Source of the DNA: Thalia democratica
Lineage: Eukaryota
Reading direction: 5' to 3'
DNA length: 64,000 nucleotides
Assembly: GCA_965202585.1 (NCBI GenBank)
Contig: OZ241831.1
Span: 13,082,001 to 13,146,000, forward strand
Part shown: positions 51,000 to 64,000 of the stretch, one piece after another
Numbering within the stretch: position 1 is the first letter of the stretch
Layout: each line of letters starts with the position of its first letter
The notes under the pieces: model-generated
Databases searched by the model: none
The model's input: only the letters and a program-made list of their open reading frames with translations
Told to the model about the DNA's origin: nothing
Program-made: the position numbers and the translations under genes

Positions 51000-51117
51000 A
51001 CAAGTATTTTCGAGTACTACTCAAACACTCAGCACTAAGTATTGTTTTTTATTGAAAGTTATTTTAAAATGAACTTGTTTATTTATTAAAATTTTATTTG
51101 TATAGTACAGTATAAAA
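51000..51117 (+). promoter_or_regulatory. Copy E core promoter (TATAAAA 51111-51117 and conserved upstream block)
   Basis: Same spacing to the ATG (51184); block TTTTCGAGTACTACTCAAACACTCAGCACTAAG. Confidence 0.72.
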
Positions 51118-51183
51118 GTTCAGAGGAACTGACATTTGACATCTATTGCTTGTTTGATTATTATAATACAGACAATCAAAAGT

Positions 51184-54100
51184 ATGAAGATAGTCGCTGT
51201 CTTCTTAGCATGCATTGTTGTAAGTTTAAAACTTACCATATAAAGTTTTGCTGCCTTGTAAAGGCATAACAATTTAGTACTAGTAAAACCAATTCTTAAT
51301 GCTATCATTTAATTTAAGATTAATAAAACTTAAATTTCATCTAAACTAAAACTTAGAATTACTTAAAGTTGTATTCTTCTAGTCAAATTTTTTTTAGTAT
51401 CACCACTTTTTATTTAGCAAAAAGTATAGTTGCTTCAATAAACTAAATATGTAAGCTTTATCTATAACAGATTCTGCTGCCTTATAATCATTGTCTAACA
51501 AGATATTTTTTATCTATTTTCATCTTTTCAGGCATCCCATGCTGCAGTATTTAACATCCCAGATTACGATTACTGGTGCAATCAGAACTTCTGTGTTGTG
51601 CCACATCAAAGCTACTACAGCTACAAAGTCAACTTCAACCAAGCTTGGTGTCAGGGTCACTTCTACAGAGGCATCCTTTGCGAATTCCCAAAATGTTTCG
51701 TACCAAAAGGCTGTGAAGCTGGTTAGAATTTACAAAAATTTCTGTTGAAAAGCTAAAATTCTGTTTAAATGCTAAAAAATCACATAGATAAATCACATGC
51801 ATAAGTGAAAAGTGTCAACTTTTTTGTTTGTTTTTTTAATTTTTTAATGCACTACTTATAACCAAATTTAACATTAATAACAACACTAGCAAGTGAACAA
51901 CCTGAAGACTTTTTTCACACAGAGGAAAACGCTGCTGGAAGAATCAGTGAGATCGAACAGAGACTCGCCCATGTCAGACAACAGATCTACGGTGAGTTGA
52001 TGCAAGGACAAGAACAATGGATCAAGATGCTCATGGACTTGAACCACCAATACGTGTGCACCTTCAGAGATTACTACCAACATGCTACCAACTGCGCATA
52101 CTCCGAACTTGAAGGTAGATTGAAACAATACTCCGACGAGCTTGAAGGTTACAAACAACAGGGTATTGCTCGCTACAACGGAAATGTTCATCAAATTATG
52201 CAAAAGATTGAGCAATACCATTGTCATCTTGTTGATCAGTTAGTAAAATAATATTTAGGATTCTAAGCTTAACTTCCCCAAAAAAAAGGTTTGCCATTTT
52301 TAATATGTGATTCGCTTGCAAAAGTATAAAAACAGAATATTTATTTGGAAAGTGAACGTTAAAATTTTAGTGATCACATAAAAACGATATACAAATATAA
52401 AACTACTACATCTTAAGCTAGGCACTCTAGAAACAAATAATAAGATTTAAAAAAACAATATGAACAATTGTTGAAAACATAAAATCAAACACGAATAAAC
52501 AAAATCAGGTTAAAAAGTTGTCTTCAAAAGCGTCAACACCAAATTGGTGGCATTCACGGTAAAATGGGTGAACGTGCCCAACATTATGTCAACGTTTACC
52601 ATGAAAAACTCGACAAACTTCGTACAAGAAAAGTTACTTACGTCAGACACATTTTTGCTACTATCTACAGTTAGTGGATTTAATTGTTATACAAAAAAAT
52701 AAAAAACTTAAGCAAATTTGAATTTACTTCTTGAAACTCTTGTTCATCATTTAAACATTAAATTTATAGTAAAAATATTTAATTTTATATAAAAGTATGT
52801 ACAAGAGTTTCATCAAAATGGAAATTAATTTTTATAGTTTTAATTAAACTAAAATAATAAGTCATTAAAGAAAAATAATTTAACTATAACTATTAGTATG
52901 TATATGGATTGTTTTAAAAGTGACTTTAATTGATTAGCTAATCGTGTAAATATTTTTAGAAGGCAAAGATATGCCTACTGAATTTGAAGATGCAGTTAAG
53001 CAATGGGAAGAAGAAATGGTCAGATACGATCAGACTTTGGTCCAAGGTTTCTACACTAAAGTGATGCAAGCAGCACAAGTGGTTGAAAAAGATTACAGAT
53101 GTACTTATGTGTGTTACTTCAGAAACGGTTGCTACAGCATTGTAAGAAAACAATCAAAATGGTAAGATCATTTTAAAAAAATTAGTATTTATTTTGCTTT
53201 TCAATACGTCATAATTACTTTTTCTTTTTAGCGGTGATCTTCCAGTTGCACCAAAATGCAAGTTTAACCTCAGTAGTGTTGGAGCTTTCTCAGCTGAATG
53301 GAACGGATGTGCTTACAAATCTCTTAAAACTTGTTCAAAGAGTTAGTTACATCGTATTGCTTATTCTTAGAAAATAAGTTCTAAATGAATTATCACCGTT
53401 ATATATTCTCTAGCTAAAATAAACCTTTTATTTAAAGATTATCATAAAGTTTATTTATAAACGGTAGAAAAGTTATATAACAATTATTAAAAACTTGAAT
53501 GTTTTTGCAGAGGAACAAGAATCCGGTGGCGAGTTCCATTCTGAGAAATACGAAGAAGAAATTCACAGAAAATGCAACGTATACACTCAAGAGCTCGCAT
53601 ACAAATACAGATCATGGAAGAAGCAAGTTGAAGAATGGTGTCATTTTGCTATCACTGGTCTTGAAGAACTTATTGTTTGCAAGATGCCAAAGGGATACAA
53701 CGGGTATGTTTATTGTTTAACTTTATTAGATATTTGATAAGTTAAAACATACCTATTAATAATAAAAATATGTTCTTTAACTAAATGTTTTGCGACGACT
53801 TTGATCAAATACTAAATATAATGATAGGTAAATTTACATTTGAACATAAAAATATTCAAATTAAAATTTACAAACTTTTGTTACCTAGTAAGTAAAGTAT
53901 TTTTATTTAGTTTGTTTTGTTTGGAAAACTTTATTTAAAGGTCTAACTTTGAGTGTACACTTACTTATAAATAGGAATTTAGAAGCTCCTTTGGAACTTT
54001 TTATTTTATTTTTTTTGTAATAGAAAAAAAGGGAATATTAATTTGTTTTAGAGATCTAAAAGATATGTTACTAATTTCAGATGCCCACCGACTCAAGCTG

Positions 54101-55052
54101 AAATTGAAAACTTCCACAATTTGTTGAGAGCTCAAGCCAAGGAATGGATCGACCTCCATCAACATAAAATGCTCCACCAAATCGAGTGCGTCCACGAAAG
54201 AGTTCACGTTCGCATCTTGCAATGGAAAACTCATGCTGACCAGATGATCCACAAAGTGAAAGCCAACTTCCACCAGTGCATGTCCGGCAGACAGTCAAAG
54301 ATCGACGCTTACATCAAGGGACTCTACAACAAACGCATCCATCAACGTGCTTCCATCATCAAGACTTTGACCCACGTTAGTTTGAGTTTATGAGTTTGAA
54401 GCTTACATAAATTGCTACTTTTTTTTTTGTTTTAATTACAACGATTTTTGAATTATATCACTTTGAAATCAGTTCCTGGTATTTCCTAGGTTGTTAAAAA
54501 AATATTTACAGTATTAATTTAAGTATACTCCATGAACTGTATAGAAATTAATGCAATTTTTAAAGTACTAGACTTGTAAAGCGTAAAATAGAAAAATCCT
54601 TAAATGTAAGTTTGAAGAGTCGGTATAAAATACCAGACTCTTTAAACCTGAATAAAATATACATTAAACTTTTACAAACTTCCAACCTAAAATGTGAAAT
54701 ACAAACCATATGTATTTGTAAACTAAAGTCAATTATCTATATTTCTTCTTTACAGCGTGCCCATTGCCACTTGGTCGCATTTGACAAGTTCTTCTCCAGC
54801 GTTTTCGGTGAAAACCCAAACCAACTCGTACTCAACCTGAGAACTCATTACCACGAATGCGTTGACACTAAAGTGAAGAAAATTATTGAAAAGTTCGATT
54901 ACTTCCACCACTACTACGAGCCAAGATTGATCATGCACTACTGCTGCTGCTTCAAATGTAACGCCAAGTTCACCTGTCCATCGTTCAGACTCATGTGCAA
55001 ATGGAACTTCTGTCCACCATCAGTTCATTCATGTACCTTCCGTACTTGTTAG
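51184..55052 (+). CDS. Copy E, complete, ~599 aa. Exons 51184-51219, 51532-51721, 51923-52238, 52509-52669, 52960-53161, 53232-53341, 53511-53703, 54081-54375, 54756-55052
   Basis: Same exon lengths and phases; open frame; GT-AG junctions (exon-6 donor GTAGTT is weak). No homolog of exon 10 downstream. Confidence 0.88.
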
Positions 55053-58000
55053 GTAAGTATTCTTTATATTATTTTAATATTTTTTAATAAGTAGTTATTA
55101 ATATGACAACGAATTAAAGTGTTTTCTAAAATCTTAATCATTTATAATAGTTTTTAAGATTCTAAATACATATGTTAGTTTTGTATCAATATAGTTAATT
55201 TCTTGTAGTTAGGTTAAAGATTGATTAATTATTATAAAACCTTAAAAACTGAAAAAAACCATAGTTTTATTATTTATTTACCACGTATAAATTACTTTTA
55301 GAAATAGGTTCTGTTTTTATTATTACAATGATTTTTTTTCAGGTTTTAGCTCAAGCGAAAAAGTATGTGTCAAACTTATCAATAAAGTATATTGTTATGT
55401 AATTTTTACTCATCAATAAACTATAAAACTATTATTATAAAAAAAAATGTTTTGTGTTGTGTTAATCACTAAACTAAGTTTTAGCAGCAACTAATTTTAA
55501 AGAACTATATAAATTTTTAAAGAATTAAAAAAATCCTATTTAATTTATTTTAAGGTAAACTATAACTATGTTATAAAGTAAGTTAAACCACTAATGTTGT
55601 TTATTGAGTTTTATCAACCAGTTAACTTAAACGTGAATTTTATTTAAAATGCCGTATACATCAAGCATAATGTATAAACAACTTAAATGCAAACTATAGC
55701 AGTAAAATAACTAAGTTTAAATCAAACTTAACCGTTTACAGTTTGTTTTCATTAAAGTGTTAAAACGATTACAACTAGTAATAGGTCTCCAAAAATATAC
55801 ATTCTTAAAAGGTATTCTTTAAAGCTTTTTACATACACTAAAAACTTATAATTATTCGTATGTTATATTTGTTCGAAAAAATTACTTGAAGTCTATTGAT
55901 TGAGTTTTTATACTTAAGTTTAATTTTACATAATATGTAAATTTAATTAAATTTTTCTTAAGTAAAAACTAAGCAGTTCATCATTTCTTTTAATTTAAAA
56001 ATAATTGGTTTTTGATCAGTTCTTATAGATAGATAGCAAAAAAACTTCCTAAATTTAAATAAATAACTATTTAAAAACATGTAAATATGAACTATAAAAG
56101 AATTACAAATAGAAAAATAGCTCAAACTAATTAATGTTTAATCAATTGTTTTAGATATCTTAGAACAGTATAATATTTAGACTTAAAAAAAACTAAAAAA
56201 AATATTAGTTGTTAAATTAATAAGTTGATATACTTGATTCATTTTTAAAAAACAAGTATATTTAGTTAAGTTTTTCTAAAAAAGGATGAAAGGTCGACTA
56301 TAAAAATTAGTTCGAGAAACCCTGATATAGAGCATACTTTTTATAATACGTTTAAATTTTATCCTTTTAAGGATATTACATTTTCGAAACAATTTTCTTA
56401 ATGAAATTGAATACTTGTTCGTTTAAAAGAGTTTTAATAATTTTAATATCTATTTTACTTAAGTTTTCAACATAGTAACATGTCATAAAACTTTAATAGT
56501 GACTAAGATAATGTTTTTATCGTGTAATTATATCACTTTTTGCAAAGAAACAAGCATTAAACCGTTGGTTTGAAAGTTATTTACAACAAGTTTCACTTAA
56601 AATATCTTTTAGACGTTTTAAATTATTTTAGAAAAATTAGTCGAAACGAATAGATTTTTCGGTGAAAATTCAATAGTCGTATATTTAAATTTTAGGTATT
56701 AAGTAAATTAAATTTTTAAAGTTTATACTTTTTACATTAAAATGAGAAATTATTAAAACTAACGTACCGAAAAAAGAAGTTTTCTTATGTTTCTTTAGTT
56801 TTAATATAAAATATAAAATATAAACAAACATCTGTTAATTAGAACATTTCTTTTTTTCTAAAGGTCTAAAGCAATAAAAGACGAGTATAAAATATTTTTG
56901 TGAGAAAATGACAAAGTAATTATTACGGCTTTTTTGTTAGCTGAACAAATAAGATAAGATTTAATGTTCCCATGATTTTTTGCTCGTTTAAATTTGCCCA
57001 TCAAACAAAAACGAGTTCAAATAAAAGATAGGTTTTTAAAAACAAATTTTATTTCATTTTAGCGATTCTAACTATGTATTTTTTGTTTTGATAAGTTTTC
57101 ATAAATGTTATCACTGTTGCTACGTGATTGCCTATATTTTCTGTAAATTTTCATTAGAATAACAGGCTAAATTTTTTTTATTATAATAATTTTATTGTTT
57201 TCTCTATTAGAAAAAAAGAAAAATTATTATCTTTACAACACTTTGACAGCTTAAACGAGTTTTAGTTATTAGATAATTCTTAGTCTTAATTTATTTACTA
57301 GAGTTATCATATTTTCAAATAATTTTTAGTTTTTATAAAGTAATATACTAATGTCAGTAGATTTGATTGTTCGAAAAGTTTAATATTAATATCTAATAAT
57401 TAATATACTCCAGCTTTTTAGTGGACGTAACATAAATAATTCTCTAATAACTTCATATTTAAAACGATTTTGTGTGAAAAAGTTCGAAAGTTTACAACAA
57501 AAACTGCTTTTTACTCCTGGAAATTTGTTTTACAACGGAAACCTTCTTTTTTAATACTGTTTACAATAAACACGAGTAAAGTACATAATGGTATTACTTT
57601 TGGGCTAATTGCTTAACGGAAGCTAGAATTTACCATGTCAAATTTTCAAAGCGTTTAGAGCCAATATTTTTGTTCACCTTTTAAGCTCTCTTTTATCAGA
57701 ACGTTTAAGTGTTCAAGTTTACTTTGGTTAATATCAATGGATCTAAAACACATTCAAATTTATAAAACTGAAAGTATCTATAACAGAATCTAAAGTTTTA
57801 CTAAATTGTATAAGATTTTGTAGTTTTATTTGTCAAAATTATCTACTGATGTTAAATCGATTATAAAATGTTTGCTTAAATATTTAGAATATAAGAAAAA
57901 CGGAAAATAAGTTTTATATGGTTTTTAATTTATTAACTATTTTTCGGATTACATGACATATAACACATGTTTTTGTATACATATGGTTTACATTACAACG

Positions 58001-61000
58001 TACTTATCTCAAACAACGTTTTATCAAAAAATTAATAAATTAAAATATCTCAAATTTAGTCTACTTAATTCAAGCATCTTACAAATTAGTTTTTCTAAAT
58101 AAATAAAAATTTTAGAACCAATTAAACAAATTAAAATTAATAAATTGAACCAATTATTATTATTATTATTGAAGTTTATTGTCAAACCTTTTTTTAGTTA
58201 AAATATTATAGAATTTATAAAATAAAACATTTCAAATTATTCAAACTGTTAAATTAAAACTGTTTCACACATCTTAATAAAATATTATGAAACGAGTTGA
58301 TTTAAAAACATAAAGATAAACTAGTACTTGTAACGGTTGTGAAAAAAGTTACAAATAAAATAAAGCATACCTGAATAAGTTTTTAACACCTGATCACAAA
58401 ATATATATCTACAAAATACTTTCAAAACTTATAAAATTTTAACTATTTAAAACCTTATTTCAAAAGGTAAATAGTAACTGCAAATTTCAATGCTTTTTTT
58501 TAATGTTTGTTTTTTATACTTTATCTGTGTGATAAAAAGCTGTAAATAAAAACTCTAATTGTTTTTAGAAACTAAGTGTTATTTGAAAAGTTTTTTTAAG
58601 GTTTTAAGTAAAACATTTTTGTTACAACAGTTGTGTATTTTGATTTCATCACAGTTAAGCATAAAAGGTCAAACTTTGACCAAATTTTAATAATTAAAGC
58701 TTAAATGTTACACCACAGTTGTTTTGACTAAAACCATTTTAAACTGTATAAAAGCTAAAACAACTTCAGCAGAAAATTACTCTCTTAATTTTTTACTTAC
58801 AGATCAATTTTCTATTGATTTAATACAAATAGTATGCATTTAGGCTTTATTGAAACCAACAACTAAAGTTGTCAAACAAAAAGAGTTATTGTTACTGTAA
58901 ATATAATTTATTTTATTCATTAGCTAAGTATAACGTTGTTTCAAGAAAGAATTCTGAAACTAATAGTTTTTTTACACATATAGTTAAGATTTTATTATAT
59001 CAAACTTTTGTTGCACTTTGTAGTCTCTATAAATTTTGTTAAGAAACCGTTAAGATTTTTATTTATTATCTAACATATTAGGAATTTTTTTTTTTTTCTA
59101 AGTTTAACTAAAGTTCAAATTACTTTTTATCAATATTAATTTTGCTCAGTAACACTTACAAAATCTACTTAAAATGTGTTTTTATGTAAAAAATAAGTCT
59201 TTATAGATTTTTAATTAAAGTGTTTAGTAGTCAATAACATAGAAACAGTTAATGTACAAATAAAAGCTTTATTTTCAACTGTGTTTGAAATCAAAAGTTT
59301 TTTTCTGTTATTTTTTGTTTAAAACAATTGAAAAGATATAAAAAGCTTTTGAAATTTATTTTATATACAATTTAACCTCATTAAATTTTATTTTTATAAA
59401 CTAGGTAGTAATTGTTTTGAGTTTATTTTAATACCATTTTTGTGCTGTTAAAGTATAAACAAAACCTTATAGTTAAGCATAATTGGTATTACTAGAAAAT
59501 TTAAAATAGACTTAATGTAGACAAACTAAGGTAATCGTTTTAAAATAATTAGACAGTTTTTATATCAAAAGTAAATAGAAATATTTTATTGCACAAAATT
59601 TTTCAATGCCATTTAGTATATAAATTTTCTAACTATTTGTTTACATTAAATAATTACAAAAGTTATTTAAGTTTATTTTTATTTAAAAAAAACCCTACTC
59701 TAAAAAATTATGAATAATTTTTTTTGCTGGAAAGGATAAAGAAAGCATACTACTAAAAAATTAGTGTTTAACGACTTGGTACATTATGATCATGTTTGAA
59801 TTTTAAAAACCAAAAAAAAAACAAGTTAAAATTTTTATTTTGTTTATATTTATAAGATTTTATAAAAAGCTTGTTTATTGTCAATAGGTCTTTTTTTAAG
59901 TTTTGATGAAAAAGTTCATATTTGTCAGTTTAGGTCTAAAAAACTATAGAAATGGTGTTTTCTTAATTGGTAAAAAACTATTATAGTAAATTTATAAGCT
60001 TATTGTCTATTTTAACTTATTCTTATCTTTTTTTAGAATAACTACAAAAATTCTTTGTTATTTTTTCAAATACTTGCAAAATTTACTGTAAAAAAATCTT
60101 TTATACATTTTCTCAAGTTTAATCTATATTTGGATTTTAAACTATTTGGATTTTACTAGTTTCTTAAGAACTAAAACTGTAATGTGTTACTTTTTCAAGA
60201 AAGAATTTAAAACTACTTATAATATGTAACATAAAAAAGCTTTTTTGGTAGCTAATACTTTTGATATTGTCTCTCTTTTAAAACCTAATCTTTAAAGCTT
60301 ATTCATAGTTAAAATTTTACATAAAAAGCATTATTTCAAAAATACAGAAAGTATGTGTAAAATAGATAAAAGATAATCTAAATAGTATAATTCCTTGATT
60401 ATAATTTTTTTTATTTTGTTTTACTTTAAGTTAAAAAAAAAACTTTAGACCTTTAAAAAAACTTATTTTTACAAATATATAAAAGTCTTAAACTGTTATC
60501 AAAACAAAACTTGTTATTACTACATAACATAGCTTTATCAAAATAGTTTTATACATTAGTTTTTTTTTGAAATGACTTTCTATTTTTTGTGAAATGATTG
60601 TTTAGAAAACTTTTATGTAGACTAATTTGTTTAAAAAAACTTTTTGTTTATATTTTTTGATTACCATATTAGGGCGTTGAAACTTCAAGAAATTTTAATT
60701 AATTTATATTTAGCTTGTTGTTTAACATTATAGCATTGGTTGTAAAAAAAATGATTTTAGAGTTCAAACAAATGCTTTGTTAACAAAAGAGTTTTTAAGT
60801 TTTATTGATTACTTTTAAAAACGTCTTTTGAGAAACTTTATCACATTTTCTATTTAAAAAACTTAGGTGCACTACAACATTTACTTTTGATATAACTTTA
60901 ATTTTATTTCTTTAAAACATAAATGTTTATTTGTTGTTAACTAGAAAAAAAACAACTACTTTTTTCAAACTTAAAGTAAAATGTTTTTTGAACTATTCGA

Positions 61001-61650
61001 GTTTTTTTTTTTTTTTTTAATAATAGCTCAGTTTATTCGGTTGATTTTAAATTTATTTTCAACAATATCTGCAAAAACAAAGAGCAGTAAAAAAGAAAAA
61101 TAGAGTTGAAACTTTTAACGTTCATATTTTTTGACATAGTGCCAAAAATTCAAAAGTCTTAAAGTGTTTAAATTGTTTTTACATCCAAAAATTTAACAAA
61201 GCCACAAAAAAAAGTTACTTAACACATTGTAACAAGATTTAAAGTACTCAAAAATAAAAACCTTTCTGTAAAAAGTGCGGTGATTGTAATCACAAATGAA
61301 AAAAAAAAGAACATCAAAGGAAAAACAAATTAGTTCAAACTTTTTAGAGATAATTACTAGAAGCGCACAGCGGGTAATTTTCGTCTGTACTCTTCAACTA
61401 ATGAAGTGTTTGTTTTTAGCTTTGAGCTTTGTGGAATTAGAGCTTTCAATTATTACTAACGAAGACAAATTAAAGTTTTACTAAGCGTGTTTAGAGCTCG
61501 CAAAAGTCAATTTAACATCCATCAGCAAGGCGTTAAAACAACAGAAAACTTTTTAAAAGTATTTTAAGTTTTAAACTCGAATTTAGTTTTCAACTTTACA
61601 TGTACTTTTTGCCAGGTTAAAAATATTCTAAATAAAGTCAGCAACAATTA

Positions 61651-63181
61651 TTATAGAATTGCATTGTTAATCATCTGAATCTGTTTTGAAACAGCGAAGG
61701 TGTGGGAAAAGTGATGTGACGTAACGACATCGCTCGTGTCGCTGCCGACTGACTTGACCGATGACGTCAGCGAATTGCTCGGAAGTACCGGTTCATAGTG
61801 GTGGTGGTGGTGATATACGGGAAAGAACCGGTTGAGAAAGTTCGTATTGATTTTGAGCAAGGGGTCAGAAGGGTTATCGAATGTCACTCGATTCGCTGGG
61901 TTCATGTTGTTTTGCTGACCTGAAAATTTTCCGGGGTGAAATCTCGCGCTTTGCTGCTGAAAACTGTTGTCAAAGGCAGTTGGTGGGTGGAAGTTTCGTG
62001 CGGCAGTTGGCAAGCGTGCTTGCTCGGCTTGGATCAAATCGTAATTTGTTTGCGCAGTAGAAAGGTAAACAGTCGATTCTTCATGGGGCCGATAATTTAT
62101 CATATTTTGTTTTTGATGCTCAAAATCCCAGCATCTGTTGGTCGTTTTAGCCTGTTCATCTATCCACTGCTGCTGTTGGGCATATTCAAAATACTTTCTT
62201 TTGCAAACGAAGCACGAACAGTGGCGGTAAATTGCTGAAGATTCTAATCTACTGGCTTGGTTGTGTCTTGGTCGCAACGGTTCGCAAGTTTGACGTTGTT
62301 GGTATTGCTTGTTTTTTACAAAGTATGCTTGTTCACTATTCTTTTGTATTGTAAGGTTGTTTTTGGCATAAATTACAGATTCAGAGACGCGAGCAGTCTT
62401 GTGCGCTTTGTTTGATGCTTTTCTTATTTTGCAAGCCGCCATTAAAGAGGTTTTCTGAACACTTCTCTTGCTGCTTCCACTCATTTTCATCCTGAGCAAG
62501 CTAGTGTTCTGCAGTTTCCGCTTTCTTGGTCCTTCTTTAATTGCACCTTTCATTGGAACTGTGGTAAAGTATAAAAGTTAAATTAAAACGGAAGTTGTAA
62601 ACATACAAAACTGTTTTTTAGTTACACAAAACATCCAAAATCAGAAAAAAAAAACAATTAAAGCCTTTGCAAGGCCAACAATGTGACTTATGGCCGCCGC
62701 GTAATCCTGAAGCTTATTTATTGTTTGGTTATAAAACAAAATTTAAGTAATTTTTCGACAAAGCAGATTACAATGCAAATCTGTATTTTGGTGCGCAGCG
62801 ACGGATTTAATTTCAAAACGTTTTCTTCGGTAATTTTGTAACCCGCGTTGATTTAAGTTCAGCCAATTAAATACTGTCAATTCCTAAAACTTAAAGCCAA
62901 ATGCTCATAGTTTTTTCTTCAAAGTTAATAAAATTGGTCGTGACCGTTTTATTGGCTTGCTTTAGTAGCTTGGATTTGAAAAAAATACTTTGTATTCTTA
63001 AATAACAATTGCTAATATAGTTTTAGACTATTTTTTTCCTAAAAAACTAACTATTTTTCAGCTCACCTTTCATTTGTGTCTTTTTCGGAATTTTAACAAA
63101 CAATTTCGGTTGAAATTCCACGTTAATAAGGTTGTAGTTTGGGTTGGAGTTGTTGAAAAATCCACTGTTTATTTTGTCCAT
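61651..63181 (-). CDS. Two-exon gene (63181-63067, 62558-61651), ~340-aa unknown protein, probably largely disordered and possibly nuclear
   Basis: The 300-codon ORF is preceded by a CCACAG acceptor. An upstream 115-nt exon (MDKINSGFF...QPKLFVKIPKKTQMK) ends at G|GTGAGC and joins in phase 1. Features include basic PRKRKL, HCSCFVC, QQQQ, RVTF and HHHHH. Further upstream exons cannot be excluded. Confidence 0.75.
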
Positions 63182-64000
63182 AGCAGTACTTTAATATCCC
63201 TTAAAATTAAAAGTAATAGTTAATCTTTCAAATAATTGTACGTACAAAAAATTTTTTTTAACCTTTACTGATTAATCAAAGACATGTTATTAAGTTAAAA
63301 CATACATATGTATATATTTAAAAAAGTATTTTTTTATTTAACAAAATTTCTTATAAAAACAAATTTAGAGTGTAAGCCTCTCTCCTAAAAACAACAAGCT
63401 TAAGAGATTAGGAAAGCATGATTTGGTAAATAAGCGTAACACCGCATTTGATTAAAGTACAGTCAAATTAGCAGAAACAAACATTACTTAAGTTTAGTTT
63501 GGCTTGAAAGATTTAGTTCAGCGGTTTAAGTTTACATCCGAAACTTAAATTTAATTAACTAAAAATATAAGTTGCACGCAATTTTCTAAAACAATTTTTT
63601 TTTATAAAACTAGTTTAAATATGAATTATGAAACAATAGTTTATCAAAAATTTAGAAGTACAGAGTTTGTAATTGTTGTTATTCAAACATTGCAAAACCA
63701 ACAAGTTTCTCAATTAACATAATACAGTATTTTTTTCTTGTTATCTGCTTAAAACAACTTAGAAAAAAGTGACTATCAATAGTCTTACTGTTTTTCAACT
63801 GATTTCCTACTACTTTCTTTAATAAGGATTGCTCTTTAAGTAAAGCTTAAATGAAAAAAAGTATTTTACATTACTTAGAAAAACCACAACATCTTTTTTT
63901 AAATGTTTAGCTTATTTGATATAAATAATGTTAAAAGCAAGTAGCAATAAAAAGAAGGTTCTTCTAAAAATAACATTATGTTGTAGTTTTTATACTACGA

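Noticed and set aside
55420-61600. 6-kb extremely AT-rich stretch
   Set aside because: No long ORF, TIR/TSD pair, long repeat or RNA motif found by eye; treated as ordinary intergenic DNA.
62195-62225. HCSCFVC as part of a DM (doublesex) domain
   Set aside because: The preceding C..C..H...H..C ligands of a DM domain are absent.

Overview
Very AT-rich, intron-containing animal-type genomic DNA with GT-AG introns and the standard code; the species cannot be determined from the sequence alone. The window is dominated by five copies (A-E) of one 9-coding-exon gene in strictly alternating orientation (+ - + - +). The gene encodes a secreted ~599-aa His/Cys-rich protein with two internal helical+Cys-rich repeats that I cannot assign to a known family. 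B, D and E look intact. A is intact from exon 2 on (exon 1 lies upstream of the window) but has a damaged splice donor. C is a pseudogene with an in-frame TAA in exon 4, and its exon 7 is replaced by a hammerhead-ribozyme-bearing insert. Exons are nearly identical between copies while introns are a mosaic of shared and unalignable types. The A-B and C-D spacers are paralogous and each carries its own nest of transposons: Penelope-like elements, three hAT elements, MITEs, a Foldback/MULE-like element and a possible solo LTR. Five hammerhead ribozyme motifs were read directly from the sequence, including a G3-C8 core variant present on both arms of an inverted Penelope-like insertion. A two-exon unknown gene on the minus strand closes the window. 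All alignments and counts are by eye.
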